Source of the DNA: Fonticula alba ATCC 38817
Lineage: Eukaryota > Protista > Nucleariida
DNA length: 6,047 nt
Assembly (NCBI GenBank): GCA_000388065.2
Contig: KB932211.1
Direction: 5' to 3' (one strand)
Below the pieces are notes generated by a model. That model was given only the letters and a program-made list of their open reading frames with translations. It made no database searches and was not told where the DNA came from. Numbering within the stretch: the stretch's first letter is position 1; the number at the start of each line of letters is the position of its first letter. Position numbers and translations under genes: made by a program. Positions 5,913 through 6,047 of the stretch are shown here, piece by piece.

Positions 5913-6047
5913 CGCGCATGCACTCGCACCACATGACATAGACCTCGTCGCCTGTGGCGTTTTACCCCGGCCTGCCCTGGCTTTTGGGATGGAGGGGGGG
6001 GAGGCTGAGCTTCTTCTATTTGCATTCCAGGTCAGGCTGCATGCGGG

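Noticed and set aside
5375-6025. 216-aa minus-strand ORF (MQIEEAQ...) as a standalone gene
   Set aside because: Mostly antisense to exons 8-9, low complexity, and without homology cues.
1-6047. Prokaryotic or phage origin suggested by the high GC and long ORFs
   Set aside because: Eight phase-consistent GT-AG introns with branch sites and a eukaryote-specific protein family; no operon or Shine-Dalgarno organisation.

Overview
Very GC-rich eukaryotic genomic DNA holding one intron-containing gene on the + strand and a 231-N assembly gap (1701-1931). Nine exons splice in frame at GT-AG junctions: join(129..855,989..1138,1322..1601,2014..2118,2382..2494,2617..4832,4933..5035,5174..5592,5718..5912) = 4308 nt = 1435 aa + TAG. 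The phases match at all eight junctions. The protein carries motifs, in the expected order, of TANGO6 / yeast Rtp1, a HEAT/ARM-repeat RNA polymerase II assembly and nuclear import factor. This was recognised from memory and needs an alignment to confirm. The composition and intron style suggest a GC-rich unicellular eukaryote, possibly Fonticula-like (a weak guess). The ORF track shows exon fragments, intron read-through and GC-driven shadow ORFs, not separate genes. I see no clearly novel multi-gene system. The best leads are an invariant GTnCGT donor with GYAG acceptors, a DSDDE PIH1/R2TP-type docking motif, a 161-nt perfect purine-pyrimidine alternating minisatellite, and a CCACATG motif seen only in non-coding DNA.
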